A stretch of DNA of 61,632 nucleotides, filler included, from Choristocarpus tenellus KU-1152 (Eukaryota; Protista; Phaeophyceae), in NCBI GenBank assembly GCA_964200185.2. It is 9 parts of 9 records of this genome, joined end to end, with 100 filler letters (N's around TTAATTAATTAA, not from the genome) between each part and the next. Parts side by side here need not be neighbours in the genome. Positions count along the whole stretch, not along the records: positions 14,105 to 25,454 come from CAXNAD020002376.1; positions 25,555 to 28,623 come from CAXNAD020022538.1; 7 more parts are not named here. The stretch is one strand, 5' to 3'. The notes under the pieces were generated by a model. That model was not told the DNA's origin. It did no database searches and was given only the letters and a program-made list of their open reading frames with translations. A program made the translations under genes and the position numbers. Shown here one piece after another: positions 14,127 to 26,564 of the stretch (position 1 is its first letter; each line of letters opens with the position of its first letter).

Positions 14127-14254
14127 CTGCAAGGCGATGTGGTGATCGCCCATATCTCCCTCCAGTTCCGCCTTGGGTACCAGGGCCGCCACAGAGTCAA
14201 CCACCACGAGATCCACGGCTTCAGATTTGACCAGCGTATCCACGATGTCCAATC
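14127..14254 (-). CDS. recA: recA exon 7 (Walker B)
   Basis: [43 protein letters not shown]; acceptor aag|, donor |gtatt. Confidence 0.93.
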
Positions 14255-17200
14255 CTTGTTTTGTGTGTATTTGTATTATTTGTATTTCAGATGCAGTCGC
14301 CGCCACACGGAGCAACAGTTCCTTGGCATTTACAAAATGATAATATTTTGTGTGGTAGTATACTATTGATAGCAAAAAAAATATTTGTTACTATCTTCAT
14401 ATTAAAATCTATTATGACAAGAAAAATAAAATAAAAATCCCATGCAAAAATTGAAGAATCAATTTATACAGCAGCGATAAGGGTTTGTGGCACAAAAAAA
14501 TAAAATAACTTACGGATCGCACTTTAAAAAAAAAAAGGGATACCGCTGCTTCTGCACTGCTGTATAAACACCAACTCTCTACAATCACGTCACACACACC
14601 ACTGCAAGGGAAAGAAAAAAAAAATATATATATATATACTCCATGTGTCCTGTGAGTCTGTTTCCTCATGCCCGTCTTTTCTGTTCCATATTTTCAGAAC
14701 AATTTTGGTATGTATGTATATATATATATATTTATTTATTTTTTATTTGAACATAAATCATCTCACGTAAAAAAGTTCCGAGGAATCCAACGCAAAAAAT
14801 CCACTCTTGACAATCAGAGGTCATCCGGAAGAGGGGTACGTGCATAAACGAACATACAGGAAATACACAGAATAAAATAAAAACTAGAAAAATATACATA
14901 TTATTACTATTGTTGGTGTTGCGCCATCTCAAGAATAAAAGAAGAGAACGATCTATCTGTGCATCGGGAGAGGAGAAAAAGCAAAAAAAAAAAAAATGTT
15001 GATTTTGTTGAATCGCGTATCGTTAACAAAAAAAAAAGACATGTCTAAAAAAAAAAAAATGAACAAAAAAAAAATCAAACCCGCAGTAGTTCAGAGTGCA
15101 GCCACCTTGTTCCCCATTGTCCGGCTGAGATATGTACATGTTATCGATATCAACCCCAATGGCCTTGGCGTAAGTGGCATCCAGTGCATGCTCTGCATCG
15201 ATGAACACCGCAGTTCCCCCTGACAGGAATGGACAGAAAAGTCAGCTTCAATCAACCACTTCAAATTTTGAAAAAATAAGCTATATAACCCGACCATACT
15301 TGGGTTGGGGGTTTTTTTTTTAAGAATAATAATATCATGCTTCAGAAAAGAATATAATAATAATGGCATACTTCATTTTTTTTAAATATAATACCGTGCT
15401 TCAGTAAAGGAGATAATAATAATGTCATACTTCATTTTTTTTTTTTTATAAATACCATACTTCACGAAAAAATATATATTATACTTTAGTAAAAAATAAA
15501 ATGTCATACTTCAGTAAGAGTATTATATATATTTGACTACGTATGCAGTAGTCTCTTTCTCACTTAGCAGTAATCCTCACACAGAGAGAAAAATAAATCA
15601 TATATATATTCAAAATACATTGGACACTTTTTTAGGGCAGGGGGATGAGGGCGGCGAGCTGATGAATATTCCGAGAAATTTCCAGGGCTTTTCACCGGGC
15701 TGGGCAGTTACCATGTCCTTTTTTGGCCATATGGTGGTGCCATGTTGAAACAGCTGATGACCATGGACTTGGTTGGTCATCTTAGAACACTTTATCTAGA
15801 GTCGGCCACATGATGACATCATGGCCATTCCTCCCTATATACCAATCACTCTACTCTTATCTTGACTAGCGTATCCTATGCTTCTGCTGCAGGTGCCAAA
15901 TACAAGACCATTCTACTGTATTTCGATATTTTACTATTCTTTTAAGACTATTAAAAAAATAAAAATAAAAAGTTGGAAAGGAACACATCATCATCACGTG
16001 TTTCGTTTTTGGGGTGGGTCAGACGATTTTGTGACTTACAACATATATTTCACCACTAAACACCAGTGTATCTTGAAAACCATTTGACAAGGCTCGACTG
16101 TGTGTACACACTAAATATGTACACACTAAATATGCACACACTAAATATGTACACACTAAATATGCACACACTAAATATGTACACACTACACAAGTAAAAT
16201 AAAAAAATCTTCGTGAAGCAATACGCCTAATGCCGTTCTCACTGCAATTTCACACACGTCCATGTGATCTTCGAAATTTCGAACCAAGAGAGTCTAGAGG
16301 CAATTTGAAAGAGCACTATCATAGTGGAAACAGTACCACGTCTACGTACACATACTGGAGTATAACTTAAACTTCAACACGTATACATAGACATTTTTCA
16401 TCGTGGACAAAAACAATACGTACTGGACATAGTCTGGACATAGTCTGGACATAGTCTGGACATAGTCTGGACACGCCTGAAAAAGATAGAGCAGCCAGTG
16501 GCCATAGTCCGGACATGATACTAAAAAAAACTACGCTTTTGAACGATTTGACTATATTTTTTTGACTATATTGTTTTGACTATATTGTTCAGGCTAGTGG
16601 CTATCGCTCTGACTGGCAGATATGGACCTGTTCAGCAACTAGTGGACATGAACCGGGACATGTTGAATAATTGTGGGACTGGTCCAGGCGGCGAAAGGGA
16701 ACATTTAAACTTGACGGTCCAGTGAAAAAAAATCCTGGAAATTTCCGAATCCTGCCAGCTACGAAACCGGAGGTCAACAGAACAGCATAGTGTTACAACA
16801 CACGTATAGATTTAACGGTATGAGAAACTCAGAGCATACCCTTATTATTTTATTACTATTATTATTATTTGTAGTAGTAGTACTAGTAACTTTTCTTTGA
16901 GTGGAAATAAATGGTAGATTTCTAAATATCCCAACAAGCAAAGCCAGAGGTTGACTCTGTAGTTGAAAGGTGTCGTGTCTGCATTAGAAACAATAAAATG
17001 AACAAATATAGGTCACTAACAATACTGTCAGTCAACACACTGTGTCTCTGTCCAATCTCGATACGCAGTCAGCATCAAAGAAATATTCATATATCTTTTT
17101 ACTTGAAATTTATATACTATGTACTCGATATTTCTAACTGTAAAAAATTACATACACCTCAAAAAAAAAGTTCTATGAATAAAAATATTTTTTTACACCT

Positions 17201-19853
17201 TGGACACAACATTACAAACCAATACCATGATATGTCCATATCACTCAACACTAGGTCATGTCCATAGCACTCAACACTAGGTTATTTCCGTATCACTCAA
17301 CACTCGGTTATGTCCACAACACTCAACACTATGGTATGTCCATATCACTCAACACTAGGTCATGTCCATAGCACTCAACACTAGGTTATGTCCATATCAC
17401 TCAACACTCAGTGATGTCCACAACACTCAACACTATGATATTTCCATATCACTCAACACTAAGTTATGTCCACAACACTCAACACTAGGTTGTGTCCATA
17501 TCACTCAAAACTAAGTTATGTCCACAACACTCAACACTAGGTTATGTCCATATCACTCAACACTAAGTTATATCCACAACACTCAACACTACGATATGTC
17601 CATATCACTCAACACTAAGTTGTGCCCGTATCACTCAACACTAGGTTATGTCCACAACACTCAACACTAGGTTATGTTCATATCACTCAACACTAAGTTA
17701 TATCCACAATACTCAACACTAATAAGTTGTGCCCGTATCACTCAGCACAAGGTTATGTCCACAACACTCAACACTATGATACATCCATATCACTCAACAT
17801 TAGGCTGTGCTCACAACACTCAAACACTAGGTTTACGTCCATAACTCTCTGGTCCAACTATACCTAATGTAAGTTTGGGCACACAACCAAGCACTATTAA
17901 AAGAATAGTCATTTCAAAAGTTCAACACTATCCAAGGCATGCCACTATTCTAATAACTTACGTTGACAGAGCTATCACATACACATATATCGAAGGCGTG
18001 CATTCAAATCATTCAAATAATTCAAATAATTCAATTCATTCAAATCATTCAAATCAATCAAATCAATCAAATCAATCAAATCATTCAAATCATTCAAATC
18101 ATTCAAATCATTCAAATCATTCAAATAGACATCGGCATAGACACAAAAAGAGCTCTCCGGTGACGAAAAATCTCTTCACATAGAAAATAAAATGAAAAAT
18201 GTTATCCATTCTTGCTAGGCACATTCCCAGAACACTCTTCATCGAATCTTGCTACGATCCTCCTTACATCCACAATCCGTCGCTCCTATTTTCAAACACA
18301 GCAGAACTACTGCACTCAAGTATAGGAAGGTGTTCTTAAAAACCAAATACACAGATCAGTTGATGTTGTCGAGTTGTGTTCTTTTTTGGGGGACATTTTT
18401 TTTCTTACCCTGTGACAACAACAAACTTTACAAGAAAATATAGAACAGTAATAAAATATTATAATTGTACATAATTCTTCTAGTTTGAAGTAACAAAATA
18501 CAGAAAACAATAATAATAATAATACGTGCTAGAGATCAACACAAGAGCGCTAACAATATTAGCACAAATATTTTCATTAAAAGCACCTCACCGCTCTTTT
18601 GGCACTCTGCCACGACATGCAATGCCACAGTAGTCTTTCCAGAGCTCTCTGGTCCATAAATCTTGAGAGCAGTAAAGTAAGCCAAACAAAGCACAAGCCA
18701 AGAACAAGGTGGGGGGGGGGGATTGGACTGGACTGGGCTAGTGAAATGCTTACCATGACATGTACTTGTCTCTAACATTGATCATGGATCAATACATCCA
18801 ACTAGCTCTCTCACATGGTACCTATCTATCTACCGAATGTGTAGGCTAAATGTGGCAATCGCGTGAAAAATCTAAGGGTAAAAATAAAAAGTCTTTACAT
18901 TGTGCACCCACGTATACCATGTCGGTGAAGAGGTTAAAAAAAATTAGGGATATGGAAGTACCAAAATTGTCTCCTACATACACAATACACACTTACCAAC
19001 AATAGTTGTATGATAAATTCAAGGGCTAAGGGCTCGCCGCGTCTGATGTGTCTCTAAATAGAACATGCACAAAAATTCAAGGGTTAGGGATGTTATCTCT
19101 ATGACAATGGGCAGCAGAGAAGACAACTTTCTCACCTCAACTACTCTTCCCTTGGGGAGCCCACCAACCCCCAAAGCGTGATCAAGAGAGATTGACCCTG
19201 TGGGGATAGTATCCACCTTTGCATTGAAAAAGAATAGTGTGAGACAGGGGGAGAGGGAGAGCGGGAAGGGGGGGGGGTGGGGGTGATATCACACACCCTT
19301 TAAACAAACCATATAACATGGAAACATGTATGAAATGGTAACAATAGACACTAAGTAGTGGGAATAAAAAAAGAAAAACGCTCACAGAGGAGGAAAAAAA
19401 AGGTGTGTGCGTGTGTTTTTGTGTGTGTATGAGTTGTAGAAAAAAATAAAAAATGAGGAAATTTGTGGGGAGACATCTCTCTAACCCTAACCCTAACCCT
19501 AACCCTAACTCAGGACGACGACCACAGAAGGGAAGAACACACGGAGAGTCATCAAAGTCGGTCGAGATGGGCAACAGAACTGCAGATTTGTTTGGAATGT
19601 TTTTTTTGGAATGTTTTTTTTATGTTCTTTGGTTTTTTGGAATAGGTTTTTGGAATGTGTTTTGGAATGTGTTGTTGGCAGCGTAGCTGATTTCGAAAGG
19701 CTCCGTATGCCACCAGCGATGACAAAGGCTCTCCTCCCAACTGTTTTTTTTTAGACACACACCGACGGTTGAAAAATATAGAAATAAAAAAAACTCTATT
19801 GGCAGTTTTGATATTTCCTGTAGGAGGAGGCGTATGCGATGGGGTGAAGGTAT

Positions 19854-19892
<39 letters not shown>

Positions 19893-21269
19893 AGAGAGAT
19901 GTGTATATATGTGTTATCATTCTTGCTGTTTATTTCTTGAGGTATTGGAAATTCAAATTGTGTGCTTGTTCTTGATGTGGATAGCGAAGTGGTGGGGGGG
20001 ATACCATCCTCTGAGTAGAAAAATGCAGTCACTTCAATGCCGTGTGAGACAAATGAAACGTTTAGGTTTAGAGTTATGGTTATGGTTATGGTTATGGTTA
20101 TGGTTATTTTGGTTGCTGTAGGAGGGGGCACTATTTGAGGCAGGTAATGAATCAACCGTTGGCGTGCTGTCCTTGAATATGTGAAGGACTATACAGGCTT
20201 CTTATATTGGCATTGCTTGCACTGCAGGGTTGAGAGAGGACGTGCTAACTCTGACTCAAAGAGACGGTCACGTTTACGGTGATAGAAAGTAATAGTAATA
20301 ACCATATTACACTAATTGCATAGCAAACAACTATTCTAAAAACGGATCAAAATAGTAACTTGCAAAACTGCAACTAAAATATAATTAATAAGCTCTACAG
20401 TTAGTACTAGTCCAGATGGAGCCAATGATATATACTTACATTAACTAAATTATATTTAATCTGGGCCCTGCATTCAGGGTTAGGGTGTCATTTTTCATCC
20501 TCTCCCCCTCCCCCCTCCCCCCCCCCTGCCAGTCCCATGACGTCTAAGTGTTCAAGGGATCAGTTGATGATGGACAGGCTTTGTCAAGGAAGGCAATGCC
20601 TACATCACTCCTACATCACAACAATACCAAAAACTAATCTAGAACAGTACTGATACCCAATTTCGTGAGTTCATCCAAGCCCCCCCCCCCCCCCCCAACA
20701 TACTTAAAAATTAATTAATTAAAAACAACCACCCCCCATCCCATAAACCCAAANNNNNNNNNNCCAAGCCCCCCCACACCCCCAAAATATATATATATAT
20801 ATATATATCAAACTCACTGTGCCACAGTCCCAACACCAACATGAGATAAAAGAAAGGAACGCCTCAGATGACAGGTGAGAAAGAGAACAACGGAACGGAG
20901 CAAAAAACAAAAGCAGTCCATCACGGTACTCCACCTAACAACAACAAATCCTTGGCCAGCTCTGCCCTGCACAGGAAACTACAGCCCCTCCTACGAAATA
21001 CACCATGGGAAGAGGAACCTCTCTTCTGGGCCTTGGTGATCCTCCCACAAACACCCCATTCCACCTACATCTTGAACAAAAATACAAGACCTGGTCCCAC
21101 CTTCATCACCTCCTTTGAACCAAGCTGCATGATTGACCCCACCCCATGAGTCCTCTCCACTTGCTTCAACGCAATGCTCAGGGCCATGTGTTTCTGGGAC
21201 ACTCCGCCGTCACCTTTCTCATACATATTGGGGCAGGCGGTTCCCAATTTGGGATGGATAAAATATACA

Positions 21270-21305
<36 letters not shown>

Positions 21306-23779
21306 TGTATTGGCAGTACTTTTAGTCCCACGACTCAAAAGTAATTCTGAGGTTAGGGTTAGGGAGGAGTTCAAACAGCTTCCAGGGTAGGTATTCAATC
21401 GAGGGTAGGCCATGAATGCACAAGATGGTATCAAATTTTCATTACATTTTGCAGGGATCTTTCAAAATCCATTGCGAGGTTTCCCCCAAGATGTCAAGAG
21501 AAATTTGCCGAAAGCTAGAGTAGGTATTCTACACAGCCTCAACAAACGCCTTCCTGATGATGCAGTAATTTTCCTCTTCCACGCAAGCCTGTTCTAAGGG
21601 ATAGCAGCAAGATGTAATCATCTTGCAAAAATTATACCACTGATTGATCAAAATGATGCAACGTTCACTGTATAGCTTTTTTAAATCTATCATACCATCA
21701 TCGGTTTCTTTTGCAGCCATACCATAACACCAACTCCATCACTTCTAAGTTCACTCTCTTGCACCACAGTGTGTCTTGTTGCCTTTGCACAGGGTACAAA
21801 ATAAAATAAAATAACAAGTACTGCTAAATAGTAGCAATAATAGTAACAACTGCCAACTGCAAAAGAGAGTGTACCTTTGACATAGTTCATTTCAAGAAAT
21901 GGCATGAGTTACAAAGTACAGGGGGGGGCAGGGGCAGGAGAGTAAAGAAAACTTTCCTGGAAATTTACCAAGATTTTCTGCACGGCAACTTTGTAATCAA
22001 GGCTCCTCTAGCACGGTTGTATGAATCTGCAATCCTCCAACTATCGAGTTTTAAAAAACAATAGGAGGATTGAAGTTCAAAAATGCTTATCATGAGTTCC
22101 AATATATTCTACCAAACCACCTCAAGACAGTGTAATATTACAAGTGGTGTGTAGGAGTTTCCTACAGCATGATATACTGGACAGCTATATGCCACACAAA
22201 ACGAAAACATATATACATTGCTGACTGCCAAAGCTTCACCAAACAAAGCAATCACACGTGCTGAAGTTTGTTGCTCCTCATTAGAAAAAATTATGAACAT
22301 GTGGGGAGATAAACCATACTTTTTAAGCACGAGACTCGTTGAGTGCGTTGAGGACACTCCATCCAGAGCTCCTTACCCAATATCACAACAACAGAGTGGC
22401 TCTCACAGAATGACGCCAGTAAGGCCTCACACAATAGCCACTGCACACTGCAAACTATATAGAATAGAGCTCTAGAGACACCTAAATAATGCGCTCTCGT
22501 TCACCTGTCACAGGTGGGCAGTGTCCAAAGCACCAATCGTAAACCTCACAATAGTTGCAAGCTCAAAAACTCTTCTTTACTTGGTAGAATTTTGTTCAAA
22601 ATCATAAATACCGGTAAAAAGACTGAACGTTTGACCTTGAGTGGTCGGGAAATGTATCTGCCCTTCCCAAAATAAAATCTATTCCTGTCTTCCTGTCTTT
22701 TTCGCTCCACCACACTCATTATTCCCAGCACCATGTAATGGAAAGCTCTCCATGAACCAGAGAGAAAACAAATCACTATGTCTGGAGAAGAAAACACAGC
22801 CCTTTCTTGTCCAGCTTCAGTGTGGGTGGGGAGAGTTCTGCTTGTCCAAGAACAATAGGTCGCTAGATCAGGGTTGTGGTACAGGTAGGAGGAAATGGAA
22901 TCCTACTCTTTGTCCCTCCATTTTGTCGTGAAAAGCACTTGATATCCTGCAATGTTTCAATAAACATCTGAGTTCCTTGATTTTTGCTAGCATAAAGATT
23001 CTTCCATCGTATAATCAGTTCAAACTCTCTCCTGTTGTGACTTTGTCGCTCAAAATAGAAAAAATATATATCTCTCAGAAACATCCCAAGTAGATAGTCT
23101 CCTCTCTGAATATATATCCGTGCGATCAGGGAATTAACACCAAGAATCATGCACTCTGGGCACGGGATAGATTACTCTATTTGGAAGGCAACAATTTCGC
23201 ATTCTCCGACTCTTCTGACATTTGGCTGTGCTCGAACCCTCAAGAACGCCGATCTTCAGACTGACCTTTCAACTTCCCCACGCCTTTTGCTGCCTTCCCT
23301 CGGCCTTTGACAGCAAGACAACGCCTTGCTCCAGTGACATGGCACAAGGCATTCACAGCAACGACAGGATTGGCAGTGCTTTGGACACGAGTAGCGAACG
23401 AGGCAGACTTACCAAGGCAATGAACCTGCACGATTCGTCGGCAATTGCCTGCCACAGAGCCAAAAGAAGGGGCAACTCGCCTGGTGACGAGTGGACGGAG
23501 AAACAATCAAAAGGTAACAGAGATAATATTTCATAGGTTTGTGGCACGCAATGATTATGCTATTTCATTGGCAATGTCTCCGAATTGGCATCCATGAAAT
23601 CAATATATCAAATTATGTAACAATGTTGTTGCAAAATACTCGGTGTGTGGGGGAGTACGAAGGCCTATGAGACCGCAATTAATCACCCATATTTTCTCCA
23701 TAGATATTAACGCTCACCTTGTCCCTTGGGTGCGAGGGATGAGAGCTCCCGGGGCAAGGGAGATCAGGCGACGAGACAT
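14127..23779 (-). CDS. recA: Bacterial-type RecA recombinase, organelle-targeted (probably mitochondrial); 7 exons visible, 3' end cut by a gap
   Basis: Exons 23779-23718, 23480-23266, 21213-21101, 19216-19136, 18661-18592, 15219-15106, 14254-14127. All are AG/GT-bounded and phase-compatible (2,1,0,0,1,1,0), giving 261 aa. Motifs: ALxxALxQ(V)[44 protein letters not shown] (Walker A), [38 protein letters not shown] (Walker B). Confidence 0.95.
15106..15219 (-). CDS. recA: recA exon 6
   Basis: [37 protein letters not shown]; acceptor cag|, donor |gtggc. Confidence 0.93.
16106..16188. repeat. 15-bp tandem repeat (ACACACTAAATATGY), ~5.5 copies
   Basis: Read directly. Confidence 0.9.
16425..16473. 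repeat. 11-bp tandem repeat (GGACATAGTCT), ~4.5 copies
   Basis: Read directly. Confidence 0.9.
17227..17842. repeat. 26-bp minisatellite (CACTCAACACTAGGTTATGTCCAYAW), ~23 copies
   Basis: Read directly. Units ending in CATAT and CACAA tend to alternate. Confidence 0.92.
18001..18126. repeat. 9-bp tandem repeat (CATTCAAAT/CAATCAAAT), ~14 copies
   Basis: Read directly. Confidence 0.9.
18592..18661 (-). CDS. recA: recA exon 5 (Walker A)
   Basis: [23 protein letters not shown]; acceptor aag|, donor |gtgagg. Confidence 0.93.
19136..19216 (-). CDS. recA: recA exon 4
   Basis: [27 protein letters not shown]; acceptor aag|, donor |gtgaga. Confidence 0.93.
19481..19508. repeat. Interstitial telomere-like repeat (CCCTAA)n
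   Basis: CTAACCCTAACCCTAACCCTAACCCTAAC. Shorter tracts at ~12723, 20476, 21351, 26487, 42094, 56777. Confidence 0.8.
21101..21213 (-). CDS. recA: recA exon 3 (N-terminal helix of mature RecA)
   Basis: [37 protein letters not shown]; donor |gtggga. Confidence 0.88.
23266..23480 (-). CDS. recA: recA exon 2 (presequence)
   Basis: Acceptor cag|, donor |gtcagt; basic and acid-free; phase fits exons 1 and 3. Confidence 0.75.
23718..23779 (-). CDS. recA: recA exon 1 (start, presequence)
   Basis: ATG...AG|gtgagc; [21 protein letters not shown]. Confidence 0.72.
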
Positions 23780-24897
23780 GTTCAAATAAATGGTGTTTCA
23801 AACATGGTTTTTCAAACCAAATAAGAAATATACTCAACACCTGTGTGAGGCATATATATCATGGAAGGAAGGTATACCTGAAAGTGCGTATTATATCAAA
23901 GAATGAGAAACAAGAACAAATTGAAATTGGTTAGGTTATAGATAACATTAAGGCGACCTTGTAGTTTGGGGAAGAAGACCTCAAAGAAGGTTGAAACCAA
24001 GACCTCGATTTGAAATCCAAAACCAGAGCCCTCTCATTCACGCACTAGGTACACGCATCGGTTAGAAGATGCCCGAGATTATAGAAGAACCTGATGCTGA
24101 ATGAGAAAAGGGTAATTAGCGATTGTGGAAGTGGTTCTAGACTATGTGAGATGGACTCCCGTCACAGCGACATAAAAAGCAAGTTACCGTTGCCGAGATG
24201 CTTGAGAGAAATACTCTGACAATCTCAAGGTTTTGGGAAGTCTACAACGTTCAGAGAATGTTGGCGGTATGGATCCCGACATTGGTCAGATACGGAAGGG
24301 AAATTCTGTCAGCGAAGGTACCAACAATGCTCCTAAAACTCGTCAAATTTCGGCAATCCCATGAGGTGGAAGGGAGCCCATCACGAAATACCACCCTTAT
24401 GTGGAGGACTTCAGTGAAGAGAAATGCAATAATGAAATAGAAAGACACGAGGACACTTGGATAAAGGGCAAGGATTGGACTTTGTGGGGAAACTCTACCT
24501 TTTTATTGGTGAAGTCCAAGCAAAAGAAGCAGGAAGAAAAGGCAGATGGGGGAGGGAAAGGTAAAAGGAACAGTAAATTTGCCCCGTTCCAATATGGAAG
24601 GTGCTGGAACTTTCAGTCAAGTCTCATCATCCCCATTAACTGTAAGGAGGAAGGATGTCACTGTCTCTCTACCTACAACCCATTGGTTTGAGACTGAAGA
24701 TACAAATCTATTGTCTGGGAGGAACAGAGGGAGTTGAAAGCAGAGGAGCCTGGACTGAAAAGGATGCTCAACCATGAGAAAATAGAGTTCCAAATTGAGG
24801 TATGCGGCAGGGGCACATGAGGTACAAGGACATTCTGAAGGTCAACCTACCCACAGGAACATCTTGAGCTTTCACCATTCCATATATTCTCATTCGT

Positions 24898-25155
24898 GAG
24901 TGAAAGTATCTTAGAGGGTATGAGTTTTGCCATGTTTGTCCATTTGGGGCTTGGCTTCTCTCGGGGTTTTATGTCATTTTCCTAATCCAAAATATTTCGG
25001 AGTAGGTAAAATGTTTATGTTATGAAAAGGTTTGTCCGGAACAAGGATACTGACATTTCCCGAACAAACACGATAGCCAAAATTACATCAAAATCGCAAT
25101 ATTGGACTTTGGTCCCCAGATGGAGGCGGCTCTACCATTTAAGATACTTTGGCTC
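24898..25155. mobile_element. MITE (258 bp) with GAG...CTC ends and 4-bp TSD TCGT (Sola2-like structure)
   Basis: GAGTGAAAGTATCTTA...TAAGATACTTTGGCTC, with TCGT on both flanks. Inverted copy at 27258-27516. Confidence 0.75.
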
Positions 25156-26564
25156 TCGTATTACACCAAAAATTACGCATAATGGTGTGTTCAGGTCGTA
25201 TCTATACAATCCAGAGGATATCTTCCAAGGTTGCAGATTCTTAGTGGATGCACAAATCCCAAATAAAGTAGTAGTTGAAGCAGTGAGGGGTTGAGGAAGA
25301 TTGAACTTGAAGGGTCGATGATGTGGCTTTGAACCAGATATGGATGGTAAGTTGTTTAGTGAACGGTGAACAAGCTCCAATTACATCCTTGATCCCCCTT
25401 ACAGTATCATGAAAAAGATTACATGGGTCAAAGTATCTTGGGGGGGGGGTTGTGNNNNNNNNNNNNNNNNNNNNNNNNNNNNNNNNNNNNNNNNNNNNTT
25501 AATTAATTAANNNNNNNNNNNNNNNNNNNNNNNNNNNNNNNNNNNNNNNNNNNNCCCCCCCCCCCCCCATTAAAAAAACTCGTTTTTTCCAATATTTACG
25601 ACCCATTTCTGTCCTGATCCTATGAAATATTAAATTTTGTAATATTTTTGGCCTGAAATGATTCTTTGTAGAAATGACCCTTATAGCATGTGTGTACCCA
25701 TGGTACTATTGCCCATCCCTCTTGTTCTCTCTTTCCCCTTCCTCTTTTCAAATGGGAGAATCAGGGTAGCTTGTGCAGAGGCATGAGTATATATTAGAGT
25801 AGAACAAGTCTTACCCACGCCTGAGTTTCGTGTATTAATTAAGGCATGCTGATTGGTTTAAAGTACTTGTCAGCGGTTCGGATTGGTTCAGTTTGGTTGT
25901 GAACCCAGTGTGGTATGTGCATTCACTGCAATTTCTATTTTCTTGTTGACCAGCAATGTCCCCTGAACTTCCCAAGCAGCTGTGCACCCCCCACCCCTAT
26001 ACCTGAGGCCCTATTGGTATGTATACTTGAGGTATAATATATTACGGTGATAACTTAGTTGTTCTTTTAATGTCGTTTTTGAATGTTTTTGTCCAAGTAA
26101 GCCTGGGAACTGTCCCTGCTTGTGATGAGAGGCACTTCTTGTATTGCCTACTGTAACATACTGGTTCCAGGCAGCATTGGGCATCCCACCGCTTCTTGAT
26201 CAAACTTCTTTCTCAAACTTTGTGCTTGACCCTTCCTCAGCATTGCTCAGCAATATATATTCTTGATGCCTCATTTTGGGGTTTCCCACATGCTCTGCTT
26301 TTTTGGGGTGTAAAGGCAGATAGGACAGTAACAGTTGTGCCATCCACAGTACTTACCGTTTGGACCATGTATGATTGAAACCAGACCTCCTTCGAAACAG
26401 ATCCGACGCCCATGGGAGCTCATACCCAGAACGTTAATGCAGGGAAGACTCTACCTACTAGCTGCAGACCTCTATGGGGATTAACGTTAGGGTTAGAGTT
26501 AGAGGGTTAGGGTTAGAGTTCCAAATTTTCATCTTTTTTCCACTCTTCTCCGTTGATGGTGCAG

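Larger units (their letters stand above)
15655..16763. mobile_element. Non-autonomous DNA transposon with ~45-bp imperfect TIRs, inside a recA intron
   Basis: Left end AGCTG..ATTCCGAGAAATTTCCAGGGCTTTTCACCGGGC matches the reverse complement of the right end, AGCTG..ATTCGGAAATTTCCAGGATTTTTTTTCACTGGAC. Internal 15-bp and 11-bp tandem arrays. Confidence 0.55.

Noticed and set aside
17227-17842. Regular 26-bp repeats resembling a CRISPR array
   Set aside because: Head-to-tail units with no unique spacers, inside a eukaryotic intron, and no cas genes.
17875-18183. ORFs with SNH or IQI repeats
   Set aside because: Translations of the 9-bp tandem repeat.
14127-21213. recA as bacterial contamination or a split pseudogene
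   Set aside because: Every piece has canonical spliceosomal boundaries and compatible phase.
23850-25400. Possible copia relics here and at ~3500-3800, 7050-7330, 11300-11690, 13000-13900, 59600-60120
   Set aside because: Only faint motif traces (e.g. LQNVLVP); too degraded to annotate with confidence.
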